64,000 bases of DNA from a virus (IMGVR_UViG_3300050587_000146:390-64389), one strand, 5' to 3'. Shown: positions 1 to 9,717, counted from the stretch's first letter. Notes: generated by a model not told the origin, from the sequence alone. Program-made: numbers and translations.

Positions 1-1
1 A

Positions 2-919
2 TACACTGCAATCCCGTCAGAGGGTTCTCTGGTGGATAATCCTTGCATGTACGGGGCGACATTCAAACTTGTTAAGGGTGAGGGTGTCGAGGAACTCGTC
101 AAATTTACTGGTGAAGGAGTGACAAACTTGACTGATGAACAAAAAGCAAGACTGGAAGAGCTTCGCAAATCCGCTGACTTGACGGACGAAGCAAAGGCCG
201 AACTCACTCAACTTGAGGACTTGGAGAAGAAAGTTAAGGTCAAAGATGAGAAAGCGGCTGATAACGATGGAGGTAAGAAAGATGAAGCAAAGAGCGATGA
301 ATCTGACTCTACTTCTAATGATGGTGGCAAGTCTGGCGATGAGTCTGGCAATGGTGGCGACGGCGATGGCGACAAGGTAGGAAAAGCCGCTGACGCTGAA
401 AAGTGTGACAAATGTGGCAAAATGAAAAAGGGCGAGGGCGACAATGTTTGTAAATGTTCCGCTGGTACTGACACCAACAAAGCCGCTGATTCCGAAGAAC
501 TCAAGAAAGTTAATGACAAAGCTGACGATTTAGCCAAACAGGTCACTGGCTTTAGTGAATCACTCGCCAAGATGAACGAAGGGTTCGAGACTTTAAAGAA
601 ATCTCATGAGGAACTTTCCAAATCCTATACGGAATTGCAAAAATCCTATGATGGGATTAAAGCCGAGAACGAAAAGCTCGTAAAGCGAGTTGAAATCCTG
701 GAGGCTCAACCTGCTGACGGTGGAGTTGTCGTAACTGCCATTGAAAAAGTCCTTAACGGTGCTGGAATCATTGGTAAAGCCGCTCCGTCAAATGAAAAGG
801 ACTTGCTCAAGAAAATGATTGCTGATTCCAATGACCTGATGGAAAAGCAAGTGTTGAGCCAAAAGCTCGCAATGCTTGAAATCAAAGAGGCTCAAAAAAG
901 TCCCGTAAAGCTCACCTAA
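2..919 (+). CDS. Prohead protease/scaffold protein, C-terminal part (5'-truncated by the window)
   Basis: Frame is open from position 2 (YTAIPSEGSLVDNPCMYGATF, resembling the C-terminal motif of phage prohead proteases). A low-complexity acidic linker and a coiled coil follow. Lies directly upstream of the capsid gene. Confidence 0.7.
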   Translation, partial: YTAIPSEGSLVDNPCMYGATFKLVKGEGVEELVKFTGEGVTNLTDEQKARLEELRKSADLTDEAKAELTQLEDLEKKVKVKDEKAADNDGGKKDEAKSDESDSTSNDGGKSGDESGNGGDGDGDKVGKAADAEKCDKCGKMKKGEGDNVCKCSAGTDTNKAADSEELKKVNDKADDLAKQVTGFSESLAKMNEGFETLKKSHEELSKSYTELQKSYDGIKAENEKLVKRVEILEAQPADGGVVVTAIEKVLNGAGIIGKAAPSNEKDLLKKMIADSNDLMEKQVLSQKLAMLEIKEAQKSPVKLT

Positions 920-933
920 GTGGGCTTTTTTTA
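908..933 (+). terminator. Intrinsic terminator after the scaffold gene
   Basis: AAGCTCAC-CTAA-GTGGGCTT hairpin followed by a T run. Confidence 0.7.
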
Positions 934-944
934 ATGTCTGTTTT

Positions 945-999
945 TGTGGGACAAATGTGGGACATGTGTGGGACAAACGTGAGACAAGTGTCTCACAAA
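945..999. repeat. 11-bp-period repeat array, parC-like (copy A)
   Basis: TGTGGGACAAA, TGTGGGACATG, TGTGGGACAAA, CGTGAGACAAG, then inverted TGTCTCACAAA. The same unit occurs at 47193-47225. Confidence 0.85.
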
Positions 1000-1028
1000 A
1001 ATTCAAATTCAAATATGGAGGATGAAAA

Positions 1029-2423
1029 ATGGATGAATTGGCAAAAGTCTCTCAAGAGACGTTGGATTTAGTAAAATCCAACTTGGGAAAAGCTGTAACA
1101 ACTGCGACTGGCTTAATGGGCTATAGCCTGGAGGCTCCGTCCAAACATCTTTTCCCGTTCTTCTCGCCGTTACGGAACCGGATTCCCCGGAAAACCGCTC
1201 AAACCGGCACTTCCACTCACTGGAAGAAAATTCTCGACATTCGCGCTACCGGGAAATTAACCACTTCCGAAGGTAATCGCGGAAATACCGTCGAGTACGT
1301 CACTGGCGACGGGATGGTCGCATTCAAGAGCTATGCGTTGCAAGACGCTGTAACCTTGGAAGCAATCGCCGCTGGTCGTAACTTCGAAGATGCGAAAGCA
1401 CTTGCGACGACCAACTTGTTACTCAAAACCATGAACGAAGAGGAAAAACTTATTCTTGCCGGACAAGTTGATTCTCTTGGCACTGTAACCGGTTTGAGCT
1501 TAACTCCCGCCACTGGTGGAGAGTTCGCCGCCGCTGTTACCGGATTATCCGTAAAAGTTGCCGCTCTGACTCTCGTTGCATGTAATAGTGCAGTGATGAA
1601 TCAACAGTTAGACAACCTTTACCTCAACGTGGCTGATGGTGTAACTTTAGCCTCTGCCGCCTCTACCTGTGACGTTGCCAAAGACGGCAAAGTTACTGTG
1701 AGCGTAACTCCGGTTAAAGGTGCTTTCGGTTATGCAATTTTTGCTGGTACTGCTGGCAATGAATCTTTACAGTTAGTGTCTGGAACTTCCGTTGCAGTGT
1801 TGACCAAATTGGTCACTGGTGGAACAAAAGCCTCTGACATTACTGCTGATACTTCGGGCGACCCGTTGGCTTTCCCTGGTATCATCACTCAAGCAATCAC
1901 TGACGGCGGTTACTTCCTTGACATGAAAGGCCAAAAATTGGCAAAGAGTGTCGGTGGCGTTCAGCAATTGGATGACATCAACTCTTATATGTTCAACCGT
2001 TACAAAGTCGGTATTACCCGCTGGTATGTTTCCGAACAAATCAGCAAAGACATTACCGATGCTGTTCTCGGTGGACAAGGCCGTCCTTACATGGTCATCA
2101 ATGATTCCGACCGCAACAACCTGACCGCAAACTACGTTGTGACTGAATACGTCAACAAATCGTATGCTGGTCAACGGCAAATCATCGAGGTTCATCCTTG
2201 GTTGCCGCAAGGTTGCTTCTTCGGTATTGTTGAATCCATTCCTTACCCGAACGCAAACATTCCTGCCGTTCTGGAGATGGAAATGGGCTTTGACTATATG
2301 CAAATCGAATACGCTCAAACCAAACCGCAATATGAGTTTGAAGTTCGTGCCTTTGGTGCGCTCAAACATTATTTCCCGGTTGGTACTGCGTTCATTTGCA
2401 ACGTTGCTCCTGGGGTTCAATAA
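1029..2423 (+). CDS. Major capsid protein
   Basis: 464 aa, follows the scaffold gene, GGAG RBS, strong downstream terminator; N-terminal GLMGYSLEAPSKHLFP...SPLRNRIPR resembles phage capsid proteins. Confidence 0.8.
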   Translation: MDELAKVSQETLDLVKSNLGKAVTTATGLMGYSLEAPSKHLFPFFSPLRNRIPRKTAQTGTSTHWKKILDIRATGKLTTSEGNRGNTVEYVTGDGMVAFKSYALQDAVTLEAIAAGRNFEDAKALATTNLLLKTMNEEEKLILAGQVDSLGTVTGLSLTPATGGEFAAAVTGLSVKVAALTLVACNSAVMNQQLDNLYLNVADGVTLASAASTCDVAKDGKVTVSVTPVKGAFGYAIFAGTAGNESLQLVSGTSVAVLTKLVTGGTKASDITADTSGDPLAFPGIITQAITDGGYFLDMKGQKLAKSVGGVQQLDDINSYMFNRYKVGITRWYVSEQISKDITDAVLGGQGRPYMVINDSDRNNLTANYVVTEYVNKSYAGQRQIIEVHPWLPQGCFFGIVESIPYPNANIPAVLEMEMGFDYMQIEYAQTKPQYEFEVRAFGALKHYFPVGTAFICNVAPGVQ

Positions 2424-2440
2424 TCTCAAAAGTAGGGGAA

Positions 2441-2473
2441 AGGCGGCTCTTCGGAGTCGCCTCTCTCATTTTT
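2441..2473 (+). terminator. Intrinsic terminator after the capsid gene
   Basis: AGGCGGCTC-TTCG-GAGTCGCCT hairpin plus T-rich tail. Confidence 0.8.
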
Positions 2474-2489
2474 ATATAACTATATCCTT

Positions 2490-2574
2490 AGTATTACTTA
2501 TTAATATTAAAGGGTTAGTTATATATTAATATTTATTATTCGGACGAAGTACAGTTCGTCCAAACGGTTGTTCG
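2490..2574. promoter_or_regulatory. AATATTA-N5-TAATATT-like operator (2490-2508) plus two degenerate LexA-type boxes (2545-2558, 2561-2574)
   Basis: AGTATTA-CTTAT-TAATATT; CGAAG-TACA-GTTCG; CAAAC-GGTT-GTTCG. Each is one mismatch from its consensus. Confidence 0.55.
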
Positions 2575-2593
2575 AAAAAAGGAGGGTCAGTAT

Positions 2594-2917
2594 ATGGCTA
2601 CTAAAAAGGCAAAAGTCGAGGCCACTCCAGTCGGGACTCCGGCTGAAGAAGTTCAACAATTGAAAGAGGCTGTCGATGTTGCAGATAAAGAAGTCAAAGA
2701 GGCTGTCGATGCTGTCGAAACTGTCGTACAAGAGGCTGGCGACGTGGTCGAAAGCGTTGTTGACACAGTAAAGGCCGAGTTGGTGGAGTTCGAGCATTTT
2801 GTGGAGAACGGGACAATGACCATTCTTGATAAAGTTTATGAAATTAAGGATTTCATTGTCAAAGTTATTCCCGAACACGTCAAATTCGCGGAGTATCATG
2901 GGTTAAAACGTAAATAA
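2594..2917 (+). CDS. Hypothetical head-associated protein
   Basis: 107 aa, GGAGGG RBS, acidic Val/Glu repeats, lies between capsid and adaptor genes. Confidence 0.5.
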   Translation: MATKKAKVEATPVGTPAEEVQQLKEAVDVADKEVKEAVDAVETVVQEAGDVVESVVDTVKAELVEFEHFVENGTMTILDKVYEIKDFIVKVIPEHVKFAEYHGLKRK

Positions 2918-2932
2918 GGGGCGTGAGGTCAG

Positions 2933-3511
2933 ATGCCTTACATCACAAGTGATGACTTGGCAAGCCTCGGACACAACTTGTCTGCGATTGACCCGTCCGT
3001 GATTGATGGTATCTGTACCCGAGCGAGCGGCATGGTGGACGGTTACATTCAACAAACGTTGGGTGTGACAGAAACGGTTGAGGAACAAACCGCGTTCATA
3101 ACAGGTCGGGTGTTAAGCGTATTTCCTGACTGTTTGCCGATTGTGAGCGTCGAATACATTCGATTTACACGGGTTGATGGTGCAGAGTTCGAGGTAAGGG
3201 ACGGAATCCGCGTCGAGAACAGTCGTGGTTGCTTTTCAATCCGTGGCGGGTTGATGGAAGTAATCGACGAATCCGTTCCAGTTGAGTTCAAATATAAGCA
3301 TGGTTATGTAACGATTCCCGAAAGCGCAAAACAAGCGGTTATTTTGACGGCGAAAGTTCTACTCGACGAGGCGGTTGCAACGAAAATGACGGGGTTTGGC
3401 GGCTCGGGCGCGGTGAGCGATAACGGGCGGTCAGTATCCAGACAGCCAACAGTTCAAGAGGTTCCCGAGGCGGCAAAAGGCTTACTTGAGCCGTTTAAGA
3501 GGGTGCGATAA
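2933..3511 (+). CDS. Head-tail adaptor (gp6/gp15-like)
   Basis: 192 aa; MPYITSDDL start and YKHGY..IPESAKQAVIL motif typical of connector proteins; synteny. Confidence 0.7.
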   Translation: MPYITSDDLASLGHNLSAIDPSVIDGICTRASGMVDGYIQQTLGVTETVEEQTAFITGRVLSVFPDCLPIVSVEYIRFTRVDGAEFEVRDGIRVENSRGCFSIRGGLMEVIDESVPVEFKYKHGYVTIPESAKQAVILTAKVLLDEAVATKMTGFGGSGAVSDNGRSVSRQPTVQEVPEAAKGLLEPFKRVR

Positions 3512-3843
3512 TGTGGTACAAAAGCAAATTTAAAGTTGAACGCAACTCGGCTGTTGGCAAATCAGCAAGCGGTCAAACAATACACGAACTCGTCGTCATA
3601 ATTCCAGAACTGAACGGTGACATCGTTCCAAAATCTCAAGAGGCGTATCATCCTGAAATCGGCGAGACTGTTATTACTTATGACGTTTTGGTTTGTCCAG
3701 TCGTTGATATAAAGGCAAAAGACATCATCATGAATCTCGAAACTGGCGAAAAGTACAAAGCGACACAAGTCAGAACTTTTTCACTGTTACCTCGTACAGA
3801 GGTCACTCTGGAGGGGGGAATTGTGGATGGGCGGTCAAGCTGA
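3511..3843 (+). CDS. Head closure protein (SPP1 gp16-like)
   Basis: 110 aa, beta-rich, translationally coupled, synteny. Confidence 0.55.
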   Translation: MWYKSKFKVERNSAVGKSASGQTIHELVVIIPELNGDIVPKSQEAYHPEIGETVITYDVLVCPVVDIKAKDIIMNLETGEKYKATQVRTFSLLPRTEVTLEGGIVDGRSS

Positions 3844-4315
3844 AGTTCGAGGGCTTGCGACAGTAATCTCTAACATGGAGGCGATTCCTGACAGGGTTCG
3901 CAGTCATTTAGCAGAATCAGCCGCGTTCGCGGGCGAGACTCTGGAGAAAGCTGTCAAAGATAAAGCAAGTCTTGAGTGTCATGACCTCTCTGATTTAGCG
4001 GAATTAGGTCATCCATATTCAACAAGGTTCCCAACTGACTCGTTTGAACATCCAGACGAGTTTGTTCATATTCAGTCAGGTCAACTGATTGCAAATATCG
4101 AAAAAATCGTTGCAATTCAAGGCGATAAAGTGACAATCGCTTGCGGAGTTTCCGAGGCCAAGGTTCCTTATATCGGTTACTTAATTGACGGCACTTGGAA
4201 AATGAGGTCGAGAGACTTCCTCGGATGGGCTTTCCAAGAGACGGTTGAAACTATCGTTCGTATTGTCAAATACGGAATTGTGAAAGGGCTTGGTTCGAGA
4301 GGAGGGCGGCAATAA
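3827..4315 (+). CDS. Neck/tail completion protein (HK97 gp10-like)
   Basis: Synteny; VRGLATVISNM start and YIGYLIDGTWKMRSRDFL motif of gp10-like proteins. Confidence 0.65.
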   Translation: MGGQAEVRGLATVISNMEAIPDRVRSHLAESAAFAGETLEKAVKDKASLECHDLSDLAELGHPYSTRFPTDSFEHPDEFVHIQSGQLIANIEKIVAIQGDKVTIACGVSEAKVPYIGYLIDGTWKMRSRDFLGWAFQETVETIVRIVKYGIVKGLGSRGGRQ

Positions 4316-4710
4316 TGCTAACATACGATGAAAGCAAAGCAGTAATTCGTGAGGCTTTTCTTGCTTCTCCCGAGCTGGTTGCTCTGGTCGGTGATAGGAT
4401 TTATCCGTCTCGTGACGAGATGGGTGAAAATCCGCAAGGTGACTCGATTACTTTGGGGCGAGAAGGTGGCGGCTATTCAGCCAATAACGTCAGCGATGAC
4501 GCGCAAGTGAAAGTTGATATATGGTCAAGAAGGGGCAATGACGGGCTGTGGGAGATATACAACATAGTCCGGCAAATAATGCATTCACTACCGTCGCAGA
4601 ACGCGGCGGTTTTTTATTGCCGTGAAACGTATGTCAATGACAACTTGTACGAAGAAAAGTTGAAGTTGAGCCACTTAGCGAGTAGGTACAAATTCATTAA
4701 GAGGAGGTAA
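4315..4710 (+). CDS. Tail terminator protein (gp17/gpU-like)
   Basis: 131 aa; LVALVGDRIYP and QVKVDIWS motifs; precedes the tail tube gene. Confidence 0.7.
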   Translation: MLTYDESKAVIREAFLASPELVALVGDRIYPSRDEMGENPQGDSITLGREGGGYSANNVSDDAQVKVDIWSRRGNDGLWEIYNIVRQIMHSLPSQNAAVFYCRETYVNDNLYEEKLKLSHLASRYKFIKRR

Positions 4711-4716
4711 TCTCAA

Positions 4717-5442
4717 ATGCTGAATTTTGGTGTCGGTAAACTGTGGGGGATTCCCGCTGACGGTTCGACTCCGATTGAATTCGGAATTTTGCAAGACGTG
4801 AGTGTTGGGTTCTCCTGGGACAAGAAAGAACTGTATGGTTCTTCCCAGTTCCCGGTAATGGTGGTACGAAGCAAAGGCAAAATCGATTGTAAAGCCTCGT
4901 TCGCTGAAATTAACGGTTTAGCTTTTAACTTCTTACTCAATGGCACTGCCTCTGTTGGTCAGTCAAAAGTGACTCCTGTGGTTGGTGCGATTCTGAGCGC
5001 AGAAACTTATGAGTTTACTGGCAAGGCCGGGGCTGAAAATCTCGGGGTATATGACATCAGTAATTCGTTGGTTGCAGTTCCGATGAAACTCGTGACAAGC
5101 AATCCGACTACTGGTCAATATACTTACGACAAGACCTCTGGTAAGTATACTTTTGCCGCCGCTGACGCTGGCAAAGCTATCAAATACGCTTACAAAGAGG
5201 ACGACACGACCACTGGCACGACCATTACTTTGAATAACCCGTTAATGGGTCAATCGCCTATTTTCAAGGCGGTTCTTAATGGTCAATTAGCCGGAAAACA
5301 GATTACTCTTGAATTAAATGCCTGTATGACTTCCAAATTCGACTTGGCATTCAAACAAGAGGACTTCTTGATTCCAAATTTCGACTTTTCGGCCTTTGCC
5401 GATGCAAGCGGTTCGCCCGGAAAACTCACTTTGGGCGAGTAA
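4717..5442 (+). CDS. Major tail tube protein
   Basis: 241 aa, beta-rich, followed by a terminator and the chaperone genes. Confidence 0.75.
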   Translation: MLNFGVGKLWGIPADGSTPIEFGILQDVSVGFSWDKKELYGSSQFPVMVVRSKGKIDCKASFAEINGLAFNFLLNGTASVGQSKVTPVVGAILSAETYEFTGKAGAENLGVYDISNSLVAVPMKLVTSNPTTGQYTYDKTSGKYTFAAADAGKAIKYAYKEDDTTTGTTITLNNPLMGQSPIFKAVLNGQLAGKQITLELNACMTSKFDLAFKQEDFLIPNFDFSAFADASGSPGKLTLGE

Positions 5443-5448
5443 CAAGTC

Positions 5449-5481
5449 GGGGAAGGTTCAAACCTTCCCCATTTTTCTTTT
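5449..5481 (+). terminator. Intrinsic terminator after the tail tube gene
   Basis: GGGGAAGG...CCTTCCCC hairpin plus T-rich tail. Confidence 0.75.
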
Positions 5482-5514
5482 ATTAACACTAAATTTAGAG
5501 AGGGGCTTTTAAAT

Positions 5515-5880
5515 ATGATGACTGGCATGGAAAAAGTGAAATATGACGGGGCAGAGGTTCAATTACAAAATATGACTTTAATCCTTCCTCCGCTGAATTT
5601 TAAGGCTTTTCGGCAGGGTGCTTTGAAAAAACTGCAATTGGTTATTGACGGTATGAAAAAGCTGGAGGGCGGCGACGAGGTGGATATTCCCGAGGAAGTT
5701 ATTGAGGCGGCAATTGATATTACCTATTTATCAGCAGTTCGTAATTATCCCGAGATAACCAAGGAACAGATCGAGGATGGCCTGGACTTCGACAGCTTAA
5801 TGAAGGTCATTCCGGTGCTGATTACTCGTAACAATCTGGCGACTGTTAAAGAGTTTTCCGACCAAATAAAAAACGAGTAA
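5515..5880 (+). CDS. Tail assembly chaperone (gpG-like)
   Basis: 121 aa between tail tube and tape measure; ends in slippery A-AAA-AAC (5868-5874) just before the stop. Confidence 0.75.
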   Translation: MMTGMEKVKYDGAEVQLQNMTLILPPLNFKAFRQGALKKLQLVIDGMKKLEGGDEVDIPEEVIEAAIDITYLSAVRNYPEITKEQIEDGLDFDSLMKVIPVLITRNNLATVKEFSDQIKNE

Positions 5881-6215
5881 ACCCGTCCGCTGGTTCATCG
5901 CCTGAAGATATTGACTTTGAATACATGTATGCGATGTTGGAGGCCGAGTTTGGTCTTTCTCCTGACTGGATTGATGAAAACATGGACTTGCCCCGATTCG
6001 ACGGACATCTGCGTTATCGCAGTTTTAACCCGCCAATCGGGGCTTTATTTAAGGCTTTTATGGACTCTTTCGGCGGTGATGGAAACAAGACAGAGATAGT
6101 GTACGGCGGCGGGTATCAAAGGCCAAAGGAAAATACCGAGGAGGACTTTCTTGAGGCATTCGGTGCTTTGGGCGGGGTGATTGTGAACAAGACAGGGGGT
6201 GAGAAAAATGGCTGA
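5871..6215 (+). CDS. Tail assembly chaperone -1 frameshift extension (gpT-like)
   Basis: The -1 frame is open from the slippery site (AAA CGA GTA AAC CCG...) into the 5925-6215 ORF. Confidence 0.7.
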   Translation, partial: KRVNPSAGSSPEDIDFEYMYAMLEAEFGLSPDWIDENMDLPRFDGHLRYRSFNPPIGALFKAFMDSFGGDGNKTEIVYGGGYQRPKENTEEDFLEAFGALGGVIVNKTGGEKNG

Positions 6216-9200
6216 AAATTTAGGGTCGTTGGGTAAGTTTTATGTCGGGGTTGGTGTTGATTTATCCGAGTTAAGGGCGGGCATGACTGCGGCGGTGGGT
6301 CAGGTCAAAAACGCGTCGGATGTAATCAGAAAGTCAACTGAAAATATCTCCGGTGGGTTTAAGAATGCGACTCAAACGGCAATTGGATTCGCTGCGGGCA
6401 TGGCTGGATTACAGGGGTTGCAATCAATATTTGAAAAGACTGTGGGAGCAGGATGGAATTTTAATTCCATGATGCAACAGTCGATGATTTCGTTCAAAAC
6501 GATGCTCGGTGGCAGTGAAGAGGCGGCAAATAAACTACTTAATGACTTGTATCAAATGGCGGCAACAACTTCATTCGAGTTCCCAGAATTAACAAAATCG
6601 GCAAAACAAATGATGGCAATGGGATTCGAGGCTGAAAAGTTAATTCCTACTTTAACTGCAATTGGTGACGCTGCGTCCGGTCTTGGACTTGGTAGTGAGG
6701 GTATTGAGCGGATTGTTCGAGCTTTAGGTCAAATGCAGATGAAGGGAAAAGTATCTGGCGAAGAAATGCGTCAGCTCGCCGAGGCGGGTATTCCCGCATG
6801 GGACATTCTGGCGAAAGCGATGGGTAAATCAACTGGCGAAGTAATGAAACTCTCGGAAAAAGGGTTGATTCCCGCAAAACAGGCGGTTGATGCTCTTGTC
6901 GATGGCATGGAACAACGCTTTCCGGGAATGATGGAGGCGCAAAGTAAGACATTTTCAGGTTTAATGTCAACTTTACGCGACGGGTTGAATCAGATTTTCG
7001 GGCAGATTATGAAACCTTTATTTGAGGACTTCTCGACCAATGTACTACCAAAACTGGTTGATAAGGTGTCAGAGTTCTCGGACGTATTGACAAAAAAAGG
7101 TTTACAGGAGGCTTTAAAAACAATCTTTCCTCCTGGGCTTGTGGACGCGGCAGTCGCGGGATTTAACGCACTTGGGGTAATAATTCAGTTTGTTCGGGAA
7201 CATGCGGTTCTATTTCAGGCTGTTCTTACCGCGATAGTTGCCGGGTTTATAGCGTATAATGCGGCAATTGTTGTCTCAAATGTTCTGACAACGGCTTCGG
7301 CGGTTGCTTATGCGGCTCAAACTGGCTCGGTTGGGTTAGCAACAACTGGGTTGTTGGGCTTACGGCTTGCAAATATTGCTGCGACTATTTCGACCGTCGC
7401 TCAAACTTTTGCAACTCAAGGGCTTACGGCGGCATTTAGGGCTTTGGCATTAGCAATGAGTATTAACCCGATTGTATTGGCCGTTACGCTTGCGCTCGGT
7501 GCGCTCACTTTAGGAATTACTTATTTTACGGCACAGGCAAAAAAAGCTCGTGAAGAGGAAGAAAAGCTCGTTAAGACCACTAAAGAAAATGCTCAAACTT
7601 CCAGCAGTCTTATCGCGGAGTATAAAGAGCTGTCGAACAAAACTCAACAGACTGCGGCTGATAAAGCTCGACTGGTACAGATTTCTGATAAATTGGCTAA
7701 AATTCTTCCTGATTGTGTTGACGGGTATACCAAAGAAGGTCATGCACTTATTAACTTCAATGCTGCGTTACAAGAGGCTGTTAAGCTCAAGCAAAAAGAG
7801 CTTGAGTTGGAAGCACAAGCGGCGCAGAAACGGATTGAAAAGCTAAAAGACCAAAAAACTGAAATTGAGAATCAAATTTCGTTGCTTCAGTATTCCATTA
7901 AAACGGTTGGTGCATATCTTCAAGGTAAAGAACTTCAAGACCATTTAAAGAAGGACAATGTTGAACTTCAAAAGCAAGAGGCATTGTTGAATAATATCAA
8001 TAAACGGCTGGATGAACAACGAAAGCTCAAAAATCAGTTACTCAAGGATGCCAAAAATGTCACTCCTGAATCCATTTTAGCTGAAGAGCAAGCCAAGATA
8101 GATAAGTCGAAGAATCAGGGTTCGGGGTCAAAGACGACAACCACAACTAAAAACTGGGATTTAGGGGCAGGGGTGACTAATAAATCCGCTTTTGACCTGG
8201 CTAAAGATAAGTACGACATGTTATTGGCGCAGGAAAAACGGAATGCCGCTGAACGGCTGGCTTTATATAAAGAGGTTCTTGGTAAGGTCAAAAAGGACGC
8301 TGCGGAAGAGTTAGAGTACAAAAAGGGTTTATATCAAGCCGAGCGTGAGGCGGCGATTGAACAGCTTGACCTGAAAAAAGCCGCACTCGATAAGGAGTTA
8401 CTTGACGACAAGTTGACTGCTGAACAGAAGTATGAAAAGCGGAAACAACTCCTACAGTTAGACTTGCAAGAGGCCGAAGGTGACGCGGTTCGGAAAGCTC
8501 AAATTGAAAATCAATTAGCGCAACTTGAGATTGAACGAACAAACGAAGTTCGTGACGCGAAACTGGCGGCGGCGGCAAGAGAGCGCGACTTGGCTAAACA
8601 ACAACTCGATTTCATGAATGGTGACATCGAGTATCAGCGGAGTTTGGGACTTATTTCTGCCACTAAAGAACTTCAACTGAAACGGCAGACGATGGAAGAA
8701 AAGTATGCTCTTGACCGAGCTGACCTGGAGGGTCAACGCTCAAAATACGCCGAGGGTACGGAAGAGTATAAGAATTATACAAATCAACTGTTACTCCTCG
8801 ACAATCAGTATCAACGCGATATTCTGGAGAACGAGCGGGCAACATTTCGTGAAAAGAACAAAATGTGGTTCGATATGGTTCAGAATGTTGGTGATTCAGT
8901 CAAACAGTGTACTGTCGAACTCATTAACGGAACAATGTCCTGGAAACAGGCTTTCGCGTCAGTCGGTAATGCAGTCAAAGATACTATTATAAACGCTTTC
9001 GCTGACATGGTTGCCGACTGGATTAAAAAACTCGGTATTATGCTGATTCAGTATATTGCTCATAAAATGGGCATAAAGGCATTTCAGAAAACCTCTGATA
9101 CGGTTGATAAATCAACTGCGGTCGCAGCGGCAACGGCTGAAACTGCGGCAGTATCAGGAGTTAAAGCAGCGGCGGCGGCAAAGGACATTCTCCAAGCAAA

Positions 9201-9717
9201 ACTTGCCGCGAAAATGGTGGCAGCGACAGGAGCAGCAGAGGCATACGCGGTTGTTGGAGCAACGGCGGCGGCAATTACTGCTTGCTTGACGATGTTGACC
9301 GGAATGGCCTCGGCTATCGCGGCTATCTTCCCAGTCGGGACTGCGATGGCTCCGGCAATGTTTGCAGGTATCGGGGCGGCTACTGCGGCTCTTGCTGGTG
9401 CAAGCGCGGCGGCTACTGCCGGAATTACTGCGGCGTATGCTCCGGTTTTGGCCTTTGACCAAGGAACTTGGTCAGTTCCGAGCGACATGCTCGCGCAGAT
9501 TCATAAGGGCGAGGTCATTGTTCCCGAGAAGTTTTCGGACAAGGCGCGTCAAGTGTTGTCGGGCGAGGGTACAGGTCAATCTCAACCAGTTAATGTCAAT
9601 TATAATGTCAATGCGATTGATGCCAAAGGTGTCAAGGCGATGTTGCATGAACATGGTCGCGTGATTGTGGATGTAATCAAAGAGCAAAACCGTAATTTCG
9701 CGTTCTCTAACAAATAA
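6208..9717 (+). CDS. Tail tape measure protein
   Basis: About 1170 aa; tape-measure N-terminal domain (KTMLGGSEEAANKLL..AATTSFEFPEL), long coiled coil, Ala-rich C-terminus, HKGEVIVP motif. Confidence 0.9.
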   Translation: MAENLGSLGKFYVGVGVDLSELRAGMTAAVGQVKNASDVIRKSTENISGGFKNATQTAIGFAAGMAGLQGLQSIFEKTVGAGWNFNSMMQQSMISFKTMLGGSEEAANKLLNDLYQMAATTSFEFPELTKSAKQMMAMGFEAEKLIPTLTAIGDAASGLGLGSEGIERIVRALGQMQMKGKVSGEEMRQLAEAGIPAWDILAKAMGKSTGEVMKLSEKGLIPAKQAVDALVDGMEQRFPGMMEAQSKTFSGLMSTLRDGLNQIFGQIMKPLFEDFSTNVLPKLVDKVSEFSDVLTKKGLQEALKTIFPPGLVDAAVAGFNALGVIIQFVREHAVLFQAVLTAIVAGFIAYNAAIVVSNVLTTASAVAYAAQTGSVGLATTGLLGLRLANIAATISTVAQTFATQGLTAAFRALALAMSINPIVLAVTLALGALTLGITYFTAQAKKAREEEEKLVKTTKENAQTSSSLIAEYKELSNKTQQTAADKARLVQISDKLAKILPDCVDGYTKEGHALINFNAALQEAVKLKQKELELEAQAAQKRIEKLKDQKTEIENQISLLQYSIKTVGAYLQGKELQDHLKKDNVELQKQEALLNNINKRLDEQRKLKNQLLKDAKNVTPESILAEEQAKIDKSKNQGSGSKTTTTTKNWDLGAGVTNKSAFDLAKDKYDMLLAQEKRNAAERLALYKEVLGKVKKDAAEELEYKKGLYQAEREAAIEQLDLKKAALDKELLDDKLTAEQKYEKRKQLLQLDLQEAEGDAVRKAQIENQLAQLEIERTNEVRDAKLAAAARERDLAKQQLDFMNGDIEYQRSLGLISATKELQLKRQTMEEKYALDRADLEGQRSKYAEGTEEYKNYTNQLLLLDNQYQRDILENERATFREKNKMWFDMVQNVGDSVKQCTVELINGTMSWKQAFASVGNAVKDTIINAFADMVADWIKKLGIMLIQYIAHKMGIKAFQKTSDTVDKSTAVAAATAETAAVSGVKAAAAAKDILQAKLAAKMVAATGAAEAYAVVGATAAAITACLTMLTGMASAIAAIFPVGTAMAPAMFAGIGAATAALAGASAAATAGITAAYAPVLAFDQGTWSVPSDMLAQIHKGEVIVPEKFSDKARQVLSGEGTGQSQPVNVNYNVNAIDAKGVKAMLHEHGRVIVDVIKEQNRNFAFSNK

